The notes under the pieces were generated by a model. That model did not search any database. It had not been told where the DNA came from and saw nothing but the letters and a program-made list of their open reading frames with translations. Source: Macrostomum lignano (lineage: Eukaryota). Taken from it: a stretch of DNA of 64,000 nucleotides. Below, piece by piece: positions 46,230 through 60,105 of the stretch. A program made the position numbers and the translations under genes. Position 1 is the first letter of the stretch, and the number at the start of each line of letters is the position of its first letter. The stretch covers positions 186,001-250,000 of the forward strand of contig NIVC01000536.1 in assembly GCA_002269645.1 (NCBI GenBank), read 5' to 3'.

Positions 46230-48920
46230 GATCTCCCATTCTCCCTTTCCAAATATCCCTCTCCCATTCTCCCTCTCCCATTCTCCCTCTCCCATTCTCC
46301 CTCTCCTAATCTCCCTCTCCCATTCTCCCTCTCCCATTCTCCCTCTCCTAATCTCCCTCTCCCATTCTCCCTCTCCTAATCTCCCTCTCCCATTCTCCCT
46401 CTCCTAATCTCCCTCTCCCATTCTCCCTCTCCCATTCTCCCTCTCCTAATCTCCCTCTCCCATTCTCCCTCTCCTAATCTCCCTCTCCCATTCTCCCTCT
46501 CCTAATCTCCCTCTCCCATTCTCCCTCTCCCATTCTCCCTCTCCTAATCTCCCTCTCCCATTCTCCCTCTCCTAATCTCCCTCTCCCATTCTCCCTCTCC
46601 TAATCTCCCTCTCCCATTCTCCCTCTCCCATTCTCCCTCTCCTAATCTCCCTCTCCCATTCTCCCTCTCCTAATCTCCCTCTCCCATTCTCCCTCTCCTA
46701 ATCTCCCTCTCCAAGTCTCCCTCTGCCATCTCCCTCTCCTAATCTCCCTCTCCCAGTCTCCCTCTGCCATCTCCCTCTGCCAATCTCCGTCTGTCATTCT
46801 CCCTCTTCCATTCTCCCTCTCCCACTCTCCCTCTTCCACTCTCCCTCTCCCTCTCCCATTCTCCCTCTCCCACTCTCCCTCTCCCAGTCTCCCTCTGCTA
46901 ATCTCCCTCTCCCATTCTCCCTCTCCTAATCTCCCTCTCCAAGTCTCCCTCTGCCATCTCCCTCTCCTAATCTCCCTCTCCCAGTCTCCCTCTGCCATCT
47001 CCCTCTGCCAATCTCCGTCTGTCATTCTCCCTCTTCCATTCTCCCTCTCCCACTCTCCCTCTTCCACTCTCCCTCTCCTAATCTCCCTCTCCCACTCTCC
47101 CTCTCCCAGTCTCCCTCTCCCATTCTCCCTCTCCCATTCTCCCTCTCCCATTCTCCCTCTCCCATTCTCCCTCTCCTAATCTCCCTCTCCCATTCTCCCT
47201 CTCCCATTCTCCCTCTCCCACTCTCCCTCTCCCAGTCTCCCTCTCCCATTCTCCCTCTCCCATTCTCCCTCTCCCAGTCTCCCTCTCCCATTCTCCCTCT
47301 CCCATTCTCCCTCTCCTAATCTCCCTCTCCCATTCTCCCTCTCCCATTCTCCCTCTCCTAATCTCCCTCTCCCATTCTCCCTCTCCCATTCTCCCTCTCC
47401 TAATCTCCCTCTCCCATTCTCCCTCTCCCATTCTCCCTCTCCTAATCTCCCTCTCCCATTCTCCCTCTCCCATTCTCCCTCTCCTAATCTCCCTCTCCCA
47501 TTCTCCCTCTCCCATTCTCCCTCTCCTAATCTCCCTCTCCCATTCTCCCTCTCCCATTCTCCCTCTCCCACTCTCCCTCTCCCAGTCTCCCTCTCCCATT
47601 CTCCCTCTCCCATTCTCCCTCTCCCAGTCTCCCTCTCCCATTCTCCCTCTCCCATTCTCCCTCTCCTAATCTCCCTCTCCCATTCTCCCTCTCCCATTCT
47701 CCCTCTCCTAATCTCCCTCTCCCATTCTCCCTCTCCCATTCTCCCTCTCCTAATCTCCCTCTCCCATTCTCCCTCTCCCATTCTCCCTCTCCTAATCTCC
47801 CTCTCCAAGTCTCCCTCTGCCATCTCCCTCTGCCAATCTCCGTCTGTCATTCTCCCTCTTCCATTCTCCCTCTCCCATTCTCCCTCTCCCACTCTCCCTC
47901 TCCCACTCTCCCTCTTCCACTCTCCCTCTCCCAGTCTCCCTCTGCTAATCTCCCTCTCCCACTCTCCCTCTCCCAGTCTCCCTCTGCTAATCTCCCTCTC
48001 CCACTCTCCCTCTCCCAGTCTCCCTCTGCTAAGCTCCCTCTCCCACTCTCCCTCTCCCAGTCTCCCTCTGCTAATCTCCCTCTCCCATTCTCCCTCTCCC
48101 ACTCTCCCTCTCCCAGTCTCCCTCTCCCATTCTCCCTCTCCCATTCTCCCTCTCCCAGTCTCCCTCTCCCATTCTCCCTCTCCCATTCTCCCTCTCCTAA
48201 TCTCCCTCTCCCATTCTCCCTCTCCTAATCTCCCTCTCCCATTCTCCCTCTCCTAATCTCCCTCTCCCATTCTCCCTCTCCTAATCTCCCTCTCCCATTC
48301 TCCCTCTTCTAATCTCCCTCTCCCATTCTCCCTCTCCTAATCTCCCTCTCCCATTCTCCCTCTCCCATTCTCCCTCTCCTAATCTCCCTCTCCCATTCTC
48401 CCTCTCCTAATCTCCCTCTCCCATTCTCCCTCTCCTAATCTCCCTCTCCCAGTCTCCCTCTGCCATCTCCCTCTGCCATCTCCCTCTCCTAATCTCCCTC
48501 TCCCAGTATCCCTCTGCCATCTCCCTCTGCCAATCTCCGTCTGTCATTCTCCCTCTTCAACTCTCCCTCTCCCATTCTCCGTCTCCCACTCTCCCTCTCC
48601 CAGTCTCCCTCTGCTAATCTCCCTCTCCCACTCTCCCTCTCCCAGTCTCCCTCTGCTAAGCTCCCTCTCCCACTCTCCCTCTCCCAGTCTCCCTCTGCTA
48701 AGCTCCCTCTCCCACTCTCCCTCTCCCAGTCTCCCTCTGCTAATCTCCCTCTCCCACTCTCCCTCTCCCAGTCTCCCTCTGCTAAGCTCCCTCTCCCACT
48801 CTCCCTCTCCCAGTCTCCCTCTGCTAATCTCCCTCTCCCATTCTCCCTCTCCCAGTCTCCCTCTGCTAAGCTCCCTCTTCCAATCTTCCTCTCCCAATAT
48901 CCCTATCTCAATCTCCCTCT
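46230..48920. repeat. 14-bp polypyrimidine satellite (CCCTCTCCCATTCT / CCCTCTCCTAATCT), ~2.7 kb
   Basis: Direct. Confidence 0.97.
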
Positions 48921-48957
48921 CCCGATTTTACTTAAGGAAGCATTCTAAGAAAATTCC

Positions 48958-48958
48958 C

Positions 48959-49028
<70 letters not shown>

Positions 49029-49030
49029 CA
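48958..49030. repeat. (CA)n microsatellite
   Basis: Direct. Confidence 0.98.
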
Positions 49031-49110
49031 AATCGAATCAATCCCCATTGTGAATCCTTGGCTCTGTCCCCTGTTGCAGCAGCGCTGATTGCATAACTGT
49101 CCCACCGTCT

Positions 49111-49112
<2 letters not shown>

Positions 49113-49152
<40 letters not shown>
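49113..49152. repeat. (TA)n microsatellite
   Basis: Direct. Confidence 0.98.
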
Positions 49153-49155
<3 letters not shown>

Positions 49156-49569
49156 TATCCATAGAAATGGGAATATAGAAAGACAGAAGACTTCTGGGAA
49201 GAGAGCGGGAAGATCAGATATGCTTCAACCCTGATAAGCGGTGCTTTATTTACTGCCAAGCCGGCCATAACTGTGATCGAAACTTCCACCACGCGCTGAA
49301 GGTTATTAGCCTCTGTAAGAGACGCCACCTCCATCCCGGATCCCACGCAACGTCCGCCTGTCGCTGTTGCTGGGATTTTTATTAAGAAGTTTCAAATCAA
49401 ATAGCGGCATCTCTCTCTCTGTTCTTATCGACTCCGCCCCCACCGAACCGAATCTCTGACTGTCTGCCTGTCTTCTGCTTGCCTTCTGCTGTCTTCATTC
49501 AATCGATAAGATGCTTTGATAGTCAGCTGGGGCAAGGAATATTGCCGCTTGCGTAATGGGGTGACTTCT

Positions 49570-50330
49570 GCCTCTGTCTCTGTCCCTCTGTGTCCGTCAT
49601 CTGTCTGTTTATGTCTGTAATCTCTGTCTGTGTCTGTCATCTCTGTCTGTCTGTCTGTCTGTCATCTCTGTCTGTCTGTGTCTGTCATCTCTGTCTGTCT
49701 GTGTCTGTCATCTCTGTCTGTCTGTGTCTGTCATCTCTGTCTGTTTCTGTCTGTTATCTCTGTCCATTTGTGTCTGTAATCTTTGTCAGTGCTTGTGTCT
49801 GTCATCTCTGTCTGTCTGTGTCTGTCATCTCTGTCTGTCTGTGTCTGTCATCTCTGTCTGTCTGTGTCTATCATCTCTGTCTGTCTGTGTCTGTCATGTT
49901 TGTCTGTCATGTTTGTCTGTCTGTTTGTGTCTGTCATCTCTGTCTGTCTGTCTGTGTCTGTCATCTCTGTCTGTCTGTGTCTGTCATCTCTGTCTGTCTG
50001 TGTCTGTCATCTCTGTCTGTCTGTGTCTGTCATCTCTGTCTGTTTCTGTCTGTTATCTCTGTCCATTTGTGTCTGTAATCTTTGTCTGTGCTTGTGTCTG
50101 TCATCTCTGTCCGTTTGTGTCTGTCATCTTTGTCTGTGTCTGTCATCTCTGTCTGTCTGTGTCTGTCATCTTTGTCTGTGTCTGTCATCTTTGTCTGTCT
50201 GTGTCTGCCATCTCTGTTTGTGTCTGCCATCTCTGTGTCTGTGTCTGTCATCTCTGTCAGTGTCTGCCATCTGTCAGTGTCTGCCATCTGTCAGTGTCTG
50301 TAATCTGTCTGTCAGTGTCTGTCTCTCTCT
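49570..50330. repeat. TGTC-derived degenerate minisatellite (tgtctgtcatctctgtctgtctg)
   Basis: Direct. Confidence 0.9.
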
Positions 50331-50719
50331 GCCAGTCTCATCCCTCAACTCCCTTTTCCCTGACAGTCTCAGATTCTGCTAGAATAAATTTATTCACCCA
50401 CTTCAGCTCCTCACACGGGCACCCACTTTCGCCCCATCCAAACTTTGACCGCTTGATGAATTTCATTGAGTTCTCCGAGTTTCAAACTGGTCATCCCATC
50501 CAGCGCTGTTGACCCCACGTGCCCCCCGTCTCAGCTCATTGCGAGTCCGGTTTAGGGATTGATTTTATGTTCACTCTCAAAGCTCGAAAGTGTTGCTGCC
50601 CGAAAATGAGAAACCGCCAACGATTTCAGCCAGTAGGAACTCCGGTGGACCTTGACCTCGGATCGAATCGTCAGGCTCCTGTTGGAAATAAGTAATAGCC
50701 CGAGAAATGGGTGATGGAT

Positions 50720-51160
50720 GCCCATCAGTGTCTCCGTCTCTGTCTCCCTCTCCCTTGCCTCTCTCAGTGTCTCTATCTCTGTCTCCCTCTCCCTTGGCTC
50801 TCTCAGTGTCTCCATCTCTGTCTCCCTCTCCCTTGCCTCTCTCAGTGTCTCCATCTCTGTCTCCCTCTCCCTTGCCTCTCTCAGTGTCTCCGTCTCCGTC
50901 TCCCTCTCTCCTTGCCTCTCTCAGTGTCTCCGTCTCCGTCTCCCTCTCTCCTTGCCTCTCTCAGTGTCTCCATCTCTGTCTCCCTCTCTCCTTGCCTCTC
51001 TCAGTGTCTCCGTCTCCCTCTCTCCTTGCCTCTCTCAGTGTCTACATCTCCATCTCCCTTGGCTCTCTCAGTGTCTCCGTCTCCCTCTCCCTCTCCCTTG
51101 CCTCTCTCAGTGTCTCCATCTCTGTCTCCCTCTCCCTCTCCCTCTCCCCTTGCCTCTCTT
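50720..51160. repeat. ~39-bp CT-rich minisatellite (ctctcagtgtctccatctctgtctccctctcccttgcct)
   Basis: ctctcag ending at 50767 and 50806. Confidence 0.88.
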
Positions 51161-51629
51161 AATGTCTCAAATTTTTATTTACATTAGTAAGAAATCGAAC
51201 CTCGGACCTTTCGCACGAGAGCGTGTAGAAACGCGATAGGCCACCGCAGCGGGTTAAAACAATGCCGTGTTTATCTTATAAGCTTATCTACTAACCAACT
51301 GGCATCCTGAACATCTCTATGGGCACGTGGGAATTCTGTATTCAATAACATCCAGCGCGTAACACACAGTATTGCCTTAATGAGGCCTATGAGATTCTAC
51401 ATTACTGCTATGGCAGAGTTATAACTGGCATTGCGTCATACAGACTTATCTGTGTGCCAACTAAGCTAGCGGAAAGTTTTAGCTTATCAACCGCCAGAGC
51501 CAGTCTCTTGGGAGGCAGGCAATTATTTGTTTTTTATCTTCTTCTGGTCCCGATTCTTGGAATGATCCCCTTTTCGTGGGAACTTTCCGCATCCTGGCTG
51601 ATAGTAGGCGGGTCTGTGGAAGGGACTAG

Positions 51630-54415
51630 TGGATTGCTAATCTAGCCAACAAGGATTTAGAAGCAGACTGGATTGCTAATCCTTGATCAAGGAATGGAAT
51701 GGATTGCTAATCTAGCCAACATCATAGATGTAGGAATATAATGGATTGCTAATCTAGCCAGCATCATTGATGAAGGAATAGAATGGATTGCTAATCTAGC
51801 TTACATCATTGATGAAGGAATAGAATGGATTGCTAATCTAGCCAGCATCATTGATGGAGGAATAGAATGGATTGCTAATCTAGCCAGCATCATTGATGGA
51901 GGAATATAATGGATTGCTAATCTAGCCAGCATCATTGATGGAGGAATATAATGGATTGCTAATCTAGCCAACATCACTGATGAAGGAATAGAATGGATTG
52001 CTAATCTAGCCAACATCCCTAATGGAGGAATAGAATGGATTGCTAATCTAGCTTACATCATTGATGAAGGAATATAATGGATTGCAAATCTAGCCAGCAT
52101 CATTGATGAAGGAATATAATGGATTGCTAATCTAGCCAGCATCATTGATGAAGGAATAGAATGGATTGCTAATCTAGCCAGCATCATTGATGAAGGAATA
52201 GAATGGATTGCTTATCTAGCCAACATCACTGATGAAGGAATAGAATGGATTGCTAATCTAGCCAGCATCATTGATGGAGGAATATAATGGATTGCTAATC
52301 TAGCCAGCATCATTGATGGAGGAATAGAATGGATTGCTAATCTAGCCAGCATCATTGATGGAGGAATATAATGGATTGCTTATCTAGCCAACATCACTGA
52401 TGAAGGAATAGAATGGATTGCTAATCTAGCCAGCATCATTGATGGAGGAATAGAATGGATTGCTTATCTAGCCAACATCACTGATGAAGGAATAGAATGG
52501 ATTGCTAATCTAGCCAGCATCATTGATGGAGGAATATAATGGATTGCTAATCTAGACAGCATCATTGATGGAGGAATAGAATGGATTGCTAATCTAGCCA
52601 GCATCATTGATGGAGGAATATAATGGATTGCTAATCTAGCCAGCATCATTGATGGAAGAATATAATGGATTGCTAATCTAGCCCACATTAAGGATGAAGG
52701 AATAGAATGGATTGCTAATCTAGCCAACATCATTGATGAAGGAATAGAATGGATTGCTAATCTAGCCAGCATCATTGATGAAGGAATAGAATGGATTGCT
52801 AATCTAGCCAACATCATTGATGAAGGAATATAATGGATTGCTAATCTAGCCAGCATCCCTGATGGAGGAATAGAATGGATTGCTAATCTAGCCAGCATAA
52901 TTGATGGAGGAATATAATGGATTGCTAATCTAGCCAGCATCATTGATAGAGGAATATAATGGATTGCTAATCTAGCCAGCATCATTGATGGAGGAATATA
53001 ATGGATTGCTAATCTAGCCCACATTAAGGATGAAGGAATAGAATGGATTGCTAATCTAGCCAGCATCATTGATGTAGGAATAGAATGGATTGCTAATCTA
53101 GCCCACATTAAGGATGAAGGAATAGAATGGATTGCTAATCTAGCCTACATCCCTGATGAAAGAATAGAATGGATTGCTAATTTAGCCTACATCATTGATG
53201 AAGGAATAGAATGGATTGCTAATCTAGCCAGCATCATTGATGAAGGAATAGAATGGATTGCTAATCTAGCCAGCATCATTGATGAAGGAATAGAATGGAT
53301 TGCTAATCTAGCCTGCATCCCTGATGAAGGAATAGAATGGATTGCTAATCTAGCCAACATCACTGATGAAGGAATAGAATGGATTGCTAATCTAGCCAGC
53401 ATCATTGATGGAGGAATAGAATGGATTGCTAATCTAGCCTGCATCCCTGATGAAGGAATAGAATGGATTGCTAATCTAGCCAACATCACTGATGAAGGAA
53501 TAGAATGGATTGCTAATCTAGCCAGCATCATTGATGGAGGAATATAATGGATTGCTAATCTAGCCAGCATCATTGATGAAGGAATAGAATGGATTGCTAA
53601 TCTAGCCAGCATCATTGATGGAGGAATATAATGGATTGCTAATCTAGCCCACATTAAGGATGAAGGAATAGAATGGATTGCTAATCTAGCCAGCATCATT
53701 GATGAAGGAATAGAATGGATTGCTAATCTAGCCAGCATCATTGATGGAGGAATATAATAGATTGCTAATCTAGCCAGCATCATTGATGGAGGAATATAAT
53801 GGATTGCTAATCTAGCCAGCATCATTGATGGAAGAATATAATGGATTGCTAATCTAGCCCACATTAAGGATGAAGGAATAGAATGGATTGCTAATCTAGC
53901 CTACATCATAGATTAAGGAATAGAATGGATTGCTAATCTAGCCAACATCCCTGATGAAGGAATAGAATGGATTGCTAATCTAGCCTACATCATAGATGAA
54001 GGAATAGAATGGATTGCTAATCTAGCCTACATCCCTGATGAAAGAATAGAATGGATTGCTAATTTAGCCTACATCATTGATGAAGGAATAGAATGGATTG
54101 CTAATTTAGCCTACATCATTGATGAAGGAATAGAATGGATTGCTAATCTAGCCAGCATCATTGATGAAGGAATAGAATGGATTGCTAATCTAGCCAGCAT
54201 CATTGATGAAGGAATAGAATGGATTGCTAATCTAGCCTGCATCCCTGATGAAGGAATAGAATGGATTGCTTATCTAGCCAACATCACTGATGAAGGAATA
54301 GAATGGATTGCTAATCTAGCCAGCATCATTGATGGAGGAATATAATGGATTGCTAATCTAGCCAACATCAAGGATGAAGGAATAGAATGGATTGCTAATC
54401 TAGCCAACACGGATT
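51630..54415. repeat. 42-bp satellite (GGATTGCTAATCTAGCCAGCATCATTGATGAAGGAATAGAAT), ~65 copies
   Basis: Direct; 14-aa periodic spurious ORFs. Confidence 0.98.
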
Positions 54416-55089
54416 AGGATGCACAATGAATTGCTAATCTCAACCACAATCGCTTTCTCCCCTTCATAGTCAGGGAAAATTACTCACATCGATAAAATAT
54501 CCACAATTAAAATTCGTGCATCAGATTAAGAAATTGTCCCATTCAAAAATCCCACAGGAAGCGAGAGCAGTGGATAGCAGTTGGTTTGAGAATGAAGAGT
54601 AGCAGGTCTCAGATTGACCGCTAGCACCTATCATTAAGAACAGGTTCCTCACTCCACCAAGTCGCGTGCTAGCGGTGGTCCACTTCTCGATGACGCAATC
54701 GGATCCCCGAGCTCGCACGCACCAGTCCAGCCTCCACCTCAGCAGGATGAAGCGTAGCGGATTCGCCCGGAGCGGGAAATGCGATAAGAAAATTGCCACG
54801 AACGAATGTTTCTTGTCACTTTTCTGCAACCTACTTTATCGTGTTCCAGCCTCTGCTGCCTTCGCTACAACACCTGGTTTTTCTGTTCTCTTCTCTTCCT
54901 TTCGCCTCTCTTCCTTCCTCTCTTTATTCCGTCATTCAAAACTGCTTTTGCGTGACCGGCGGTTCCATTCAAGTTTGGTGGGGGTCACAACCCCCCCCCC
55001 CCTGGGATTTCTACAACTCGTGTGTAAATTGGTTATGAAAATTGTAGATCTATGGCTTCAAAATATCCCACTGAATGACTCCGTGGGAA

Positions 55090-56225
55090 TGATCCCATGT
55101 GAATGATCCATGTGAATGATCCCATGTGAATGATCCCATGTGAATGATCCCATGTGAATGATCCCATGTGAATGATCCCATGTGAATGATCCCATGTGAA
55201 TGATCCCATGTGAATGATCCCATGTGAATGATCCCATGTGAATGATCCCATGTGAATGATCCCATGTGAATGATCCCATGTGAATGATCCCATGTGAATG
55301 ATCCCATGTGAATGATCCCATGTGAATGATCCCATGTGAATGATCCCATGTGAATGATCCCATGTGAATGATCCCATGTGAATGATCCCATGTGAATGAT
55401 CCCATGTGAATGATCCCATGTGAATGATCCCATGTGAATGATCCCATGTGAATGATCCCATGTGAATGATCCCATGTGAATGATCCCATGTGAATGATCC
55501 CATGTGAATGATCCCATGTGAATGATCCCATGTGAATGATCCCATGTGAATGATCCCATGTGAATGATCCCATGTGAATGATCCCATGTGTGAATGATCC
55601 CATATGTGAATGATCCCATGTGAATGATCCCATGTGAATGATCCTATGTGAATGATCCCATATGTGAATGATTCCATGTGAATGATTCCATGTGAATGAT
55701 CCATGTGAATGATCCCATGTGAATGATCCCATGTGAATGATCCCATGTGAATGATCCATGTGAATGATCCCATGTGAATGATCCATGTGAATGATCCCAT
55801 GTGAATGATCCTATGTGAATGATCCCTTGTGAATGATCCCATGTGAATGATCCCATGTGAATGATCCCTTGTGAATGATCCCATGTGAATGATCCCATGT
55901 GAATGATCCCATGTGAATGATCCCATGTGAATGATCCCTTGTGAATGATCCCATGTGAATGATCCCATGTGAATGATTCCATGTGAATGATCCCATGTGA
56001 ATGTTTCCATGTGAATGATCCCATGTAAATGATTCCATGTGAATGATCCCATGTGAATGTTTCCATGTGAATGATCCCTTGTGAATGATCCCATGTGAAT
56101 GATTCCATGTGAATGATCCCATGTGAATGATCCCATGTGAATGTTTCCATGTGAATGTTTCCATGTGAATGATCCCATGTGTGAATGATCCCATATGTGA
56201 ATGATCCTATGTGAATGATCCCATC
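55090..56225. repeat. 14-bp satellite (GATCCCATGTGAAT), near-perfect over 55090-55580, degenerating rightward
   Basis: Direct. Confidence 0.98.
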
Positions 56226-57344
56226 GTGGTCCCACTATTTCTCTAATCGTCACTCCCAGCGAGTTCTCCGGTTTCCTGGAATTGACAACAATGGGTCTCC
56301 CCAGATCCCAACAAAAATGAGTCAATCGGGATTCAATAAGAACACTCCAGACACAGCCTGTGAAACTTTTTCTTTTTGTTTTTTTTTTGTTTTCCATTGA
56401 TTGGTTGGAAGCTGGTGGAAACTGCCTCTTTGTTGCCAGGGTGGGACCGGAAGAGGTTCGGATTGGGGATATTTTGATCAAACAGTTCGATTTAGGGTCC
56501 TCCCAGCGGGCGGTCCTGTTTTGCCAAACAGTGGGAAATCCCAGATTATTCCCTGGCCGGCTCTGGGGGGGGGGGAATTTCACTTTCCTTTCTGTCGGAC
56601 GTGCCAGCAAAAATCTCAGTAGCCATTTTTGCTTCTTCATCCCCACGGCCTGCAGATCTGGCCTTCGGGCAGCCGCTTTAACCAACAGCGCCGATTCTCG
56701 GGACCCGGCCGTCCATTAAAGCGGCCCCGAGGGCTCGGCTTTGCGGATAGAGACAGGGGGCATCGGCCAGTGACCCCCTCCCCCTCACTAATCAGCGATT
56801 ATGCAACCCTATCAGCACTGGGCGAACACTGGGATAACTGAAAGGGCGTAAATCCCCTCCCCTAGATTCTTCCAGGCCTTCTTTCTCCCCCACACACACA
56901 TATCCCCCACTTGCCCTGGACCGTGTCTCCTAGAAGAGAAACAAGAAGACGCTAAAAAGGCGTTTATTCAGCTTTTTTTTCGTTTTCTTCTTCTTCTTTC
57001 TCCGCCCTTCTTTGAAAAAGCAAGATTTGCTGGCTAAGTGCTGTCGGCAAAGAGAAGCGGCTGGAAGGGCGGCTGCTCCTCCCCCCACCCTCCTTCGGAT
57101 CGGAGACTGGCGGGGGCAAGATAATCTGGTTATTTTGCTCGAACTCAAATCCTCTCCAGCTGCAGAGAGGGTGGCTGGCGAAATCCTCACCGTCAGACAA
57201 AATGCAGCTTAACTTGGGGGAGGCAGGTGCCTTGGGACAGGTAGGTTAATGATAAAAGAAATGGATTTAAGCAAAACAGTTGTATTGTGCTTTGAGATCG
57301 ACCTCTCGCATCATTAGCTCTTATCTAATCAACCTCCTGCACCT

Positions 57345-58160
57345 CCCCTTCTCCCACCCCCTCTCCTTCACCTCTCCTTCTCACGCCCCCTCTCCTTCAC
57401 CTCTCCTTCTCACGCCCCTCTCCTTCACCTCTCCTTCTCACGCCCCCTCTCCTTCACCTCTCCTTCTCACGCCCCTCTCCTTCACCTCTCCTTCTCACGC
57501 CCCCTCTCCTTCACCTCTCCTTCTCACGCCCCCTCTCCTTCACCTCTCCTTCTCACGCCCCTCTCCTTCACCTCTCCTTCTCACGCCCCTCTCCTTCACC
57601 TCTCCTTCTCACGCCCCCTCTCCTTCACCTCTCCTTCTCACGCCCCTCTCCTTCACCTCTCCTTCTCACGCCCCCTCTCCTTCACCTCTCCTTCTCACGC
57701 CCCTCTCCTTCACCTCTCCTTCTCACGCCCCCTCTCCTTCACCTCTCCTTCTCACGCCCCCTCTCCTTCACCTCTCCTTCTCACGCCCCCTCTCCTTCAC
57801 CTCTCCTTCTCACGCCCCTCTCCTTCACCTCTCCTTCTCACGCCCCCTCTCCTTCACCTCTCCTTTTCACGCCCCCTCTCGCACTCCTTCTCCCACCCCT
57901 CGCCTTCACCTCTCCTTCTCACGCCCCCTCTCGCACTCCTTCTCCCACCCCTTCCTTCACCTCTCCTTCTCACGCCCCCTCTCGCACTCCTTCTCACGCC
58001 CCCTCTCGCACTCCTTCTCACGCCCCCTCTCGCACTCCTTCTCACGCCCCCTCTCGCACTCCTTCTCACGCCCCTCTCGCACTCCTTCTCCCACCCCTCT
58101 CCTTCACCTCTCCTTCTCACGACCCCCCTTGCACCTCTCCTCCTTCACCTCTCCCTCTCC
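57345..58160. repeat. 27-29-bp CT-rich minisatellite (ctctccttcacctctccttctcacgccc)
   Basis: Direct. Confidence 0.93.
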
Positions 58161-58651
58161 CACTCCGCTCTCATTTATCCTATATGAAGCAGCCACAAAG
58201 GCCAGTAAAATTTCCACGACTTGGTCTGTTGGCCCAAATCCTCCATTTCCATAAACATCCGTTTCCATGCCAAGACATAGGAACTAAAAATAACCAAAGG
58301 ATGAAGGGTGTTCAGCATCTGTCTAATAGAATTTTTGTGGAGATTCGAGGCTGGGATTTGTCTTCCTAGACTAAGCTTGGCCAGGCTTTGGCTAAAGACA
58401 CACAAAAACTGATCGAGAACAAAGGAGCTGAGGATATATCCGCGGGATAAAACGCGTCACATCCCATTGAATTCTCCCAAGCTTATTTGCTTGGCCGGCA
58501 GTTCAGCTCCACCACCACCCCCCGGCTCAATGTGGCCCCGATCAAAGACTGCAGTGCAATGCTACTGAGGCAGCTGACAGGGGCGACAGGTGGGGGTCAA
58601 GGGGATATAAACAGCAGTTCATGGGTGCATATAGGATGAGGTGACCGGGAA

Positions 58652-58797
<146 letters not shown>

Positions 58798-59106
58798 GGT
58801 CTTTATTTACGGCAATACCGAGGCTCACTGACAGCATGGGGATAAAAAAGCAGCGAAAAGGCCCGGTCTGCCATCCCATTGTTTGTTCTCGGGCTTCTTT
58901 TTCCCGGAACTCTCCGTTTCCCCCGAGCTCAAGCAAACTTGGATCCGGGTTTTTACTCCGCATCTGTCGCCCTCCCGCCTCCCAGAACTCCTCAGTTCCG
59001 GTGCTGGGCAGGGTCAGTGCAGCGGGCAGACAAATTCGGGAATAAATTCCTTTCTTAGATAGTTACACAATGGGATAATTTTCTCCGTGTTGGCAAGTCG
59101 GTCGCC

Positions 59107-59129
59107 GGTCACGTGACCTGCCGGAAGTG
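59107..59129. promoter_or_regulatory. Candidate promoter motif pair: palindromic E-box GGTCACGTGACC and ETS site CCGGAAGTG
   Basis: Both consensus motifs are adjacent in a unique GC-rich island; no linked gene identified. Confidence 0.35.
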
Positions 59130-59514
59130 GGGCCTCTGTGTGCGTGAAAATTCTCCTGCAAAATGTTTATTAATACGAAATAAAACTTATGTCGCAAGTT
59201 GGGGTTCGGCTGGATGAGTTTCACGACTCAAAGCGATGCGTGTCTCGCTCGATACTTTGAGTTCCCTTTAAGCGTGGCTTGAGTCAGCTCGACCTTGAAT
59301 CTTACTCAAGTAGATTCCAACTACAAGTCAGCCAGGTTTTGGCAAAATCTTTTCTGTATTGAAGATTTTTTATTCAAACTATCTCGATTTTCAATTTGCA
59401 ACTGAAAGGGTGTTAGAATTTCAAATGCATGCAGTCCGGGAGTTAGCCTCCCCGCTGCGTCTTCGGACCGCCCTGCAGCTAAGAGAGTTTGCAGTGAAAT
59501 CGGTAAAGTAAGTG

Positions 59515-60105
59515 GGAGAGAGAGGAAAGAGAAAGAGAAGAAGTAGAAAAAAGAAGGAAGGAGAAGGGGAGAGGGAGGAGACAGGGAGAGAGATTGTGAG
59601 AAGGAGAGAGAGTAGGAGAGAGAGAAGGAGAGGGAGAGAGGGAGAGGGAGACAGACAGAGGGGGAGCGAGAGAGAGGGAGAGGAAGAGAGACGGAAATGG
59701 AGAGAGAAGGAGAGGAAGAGAGTTTGTGAGAAGGGGAGGGAGAGAGAGAGGGAGAGAGAGGGAGAGGAAGAGAGTTTGTGAAAAGGGGAGGGAGAGAGAG
59801 AGGGAGAGAGAGGGAGAGGAAGAGAGTTTGTGAAAAGGGGAGGGAGAGAGAGAGGGAGAGAGAGGGAGACGGAGAGAGATTGTGAGAAGAGGAGGGAGAG
59901 AGGGAGAGGGAGTGCGAGAGAGAGGGAGAGGGAGAGGGAGAGAGGGAGAGAGAGAGAGGGAGAGGGAGAGAGGGAGAGGGAGAGAGGGAGAGAGAGAGAG
60001 GGAGAGGGAGAGAGGGAGAGGGAGAGAGGGAGAGGGAGAGAGAGAGGGAGAGAGGGAGAGGGAGAGAGGGAGAGGGAGAGAGGGAGAGGGAGAGGGAGAG
60101 AGCGG
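59515..60105. repeat. GA-rich polypurine repeat ((GGGAGA)n and derivatives)
   Basis: Direct. Confidence 0.92.

Noticed and set aside
46125-48897. GEGEWERE-rich ORFs
   Set aside because: 14-bp polypurine satellite translation.
49218-49314. Cys-rich exon-like stretch ICFNPDKRCFIYCQAGHNCDRNFHHALKVISL
   Set aside because: The acceptor lacks a pyrimidine tract and no family was recognised; insufficient support.
54521-55106. Several 80-150-aa ORFs in a unique island
   Set aside because: No recognisable domain, and overlapping ORFs on both strands; cannot choose a real frame.
55033-56685. 550-aa His/Trp-rich ORF (GIIHMGSFTWDHSH repeats)
   Set aside because: Translation of a 14-bp satellite that is open in several frames; the flanking parts show no domain. 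Not evidence of a protein.
56215-57212. Cluster of 60-120-aa ORFs in a unique island
   Set aside because: No motif or consistent exon chain could be built.
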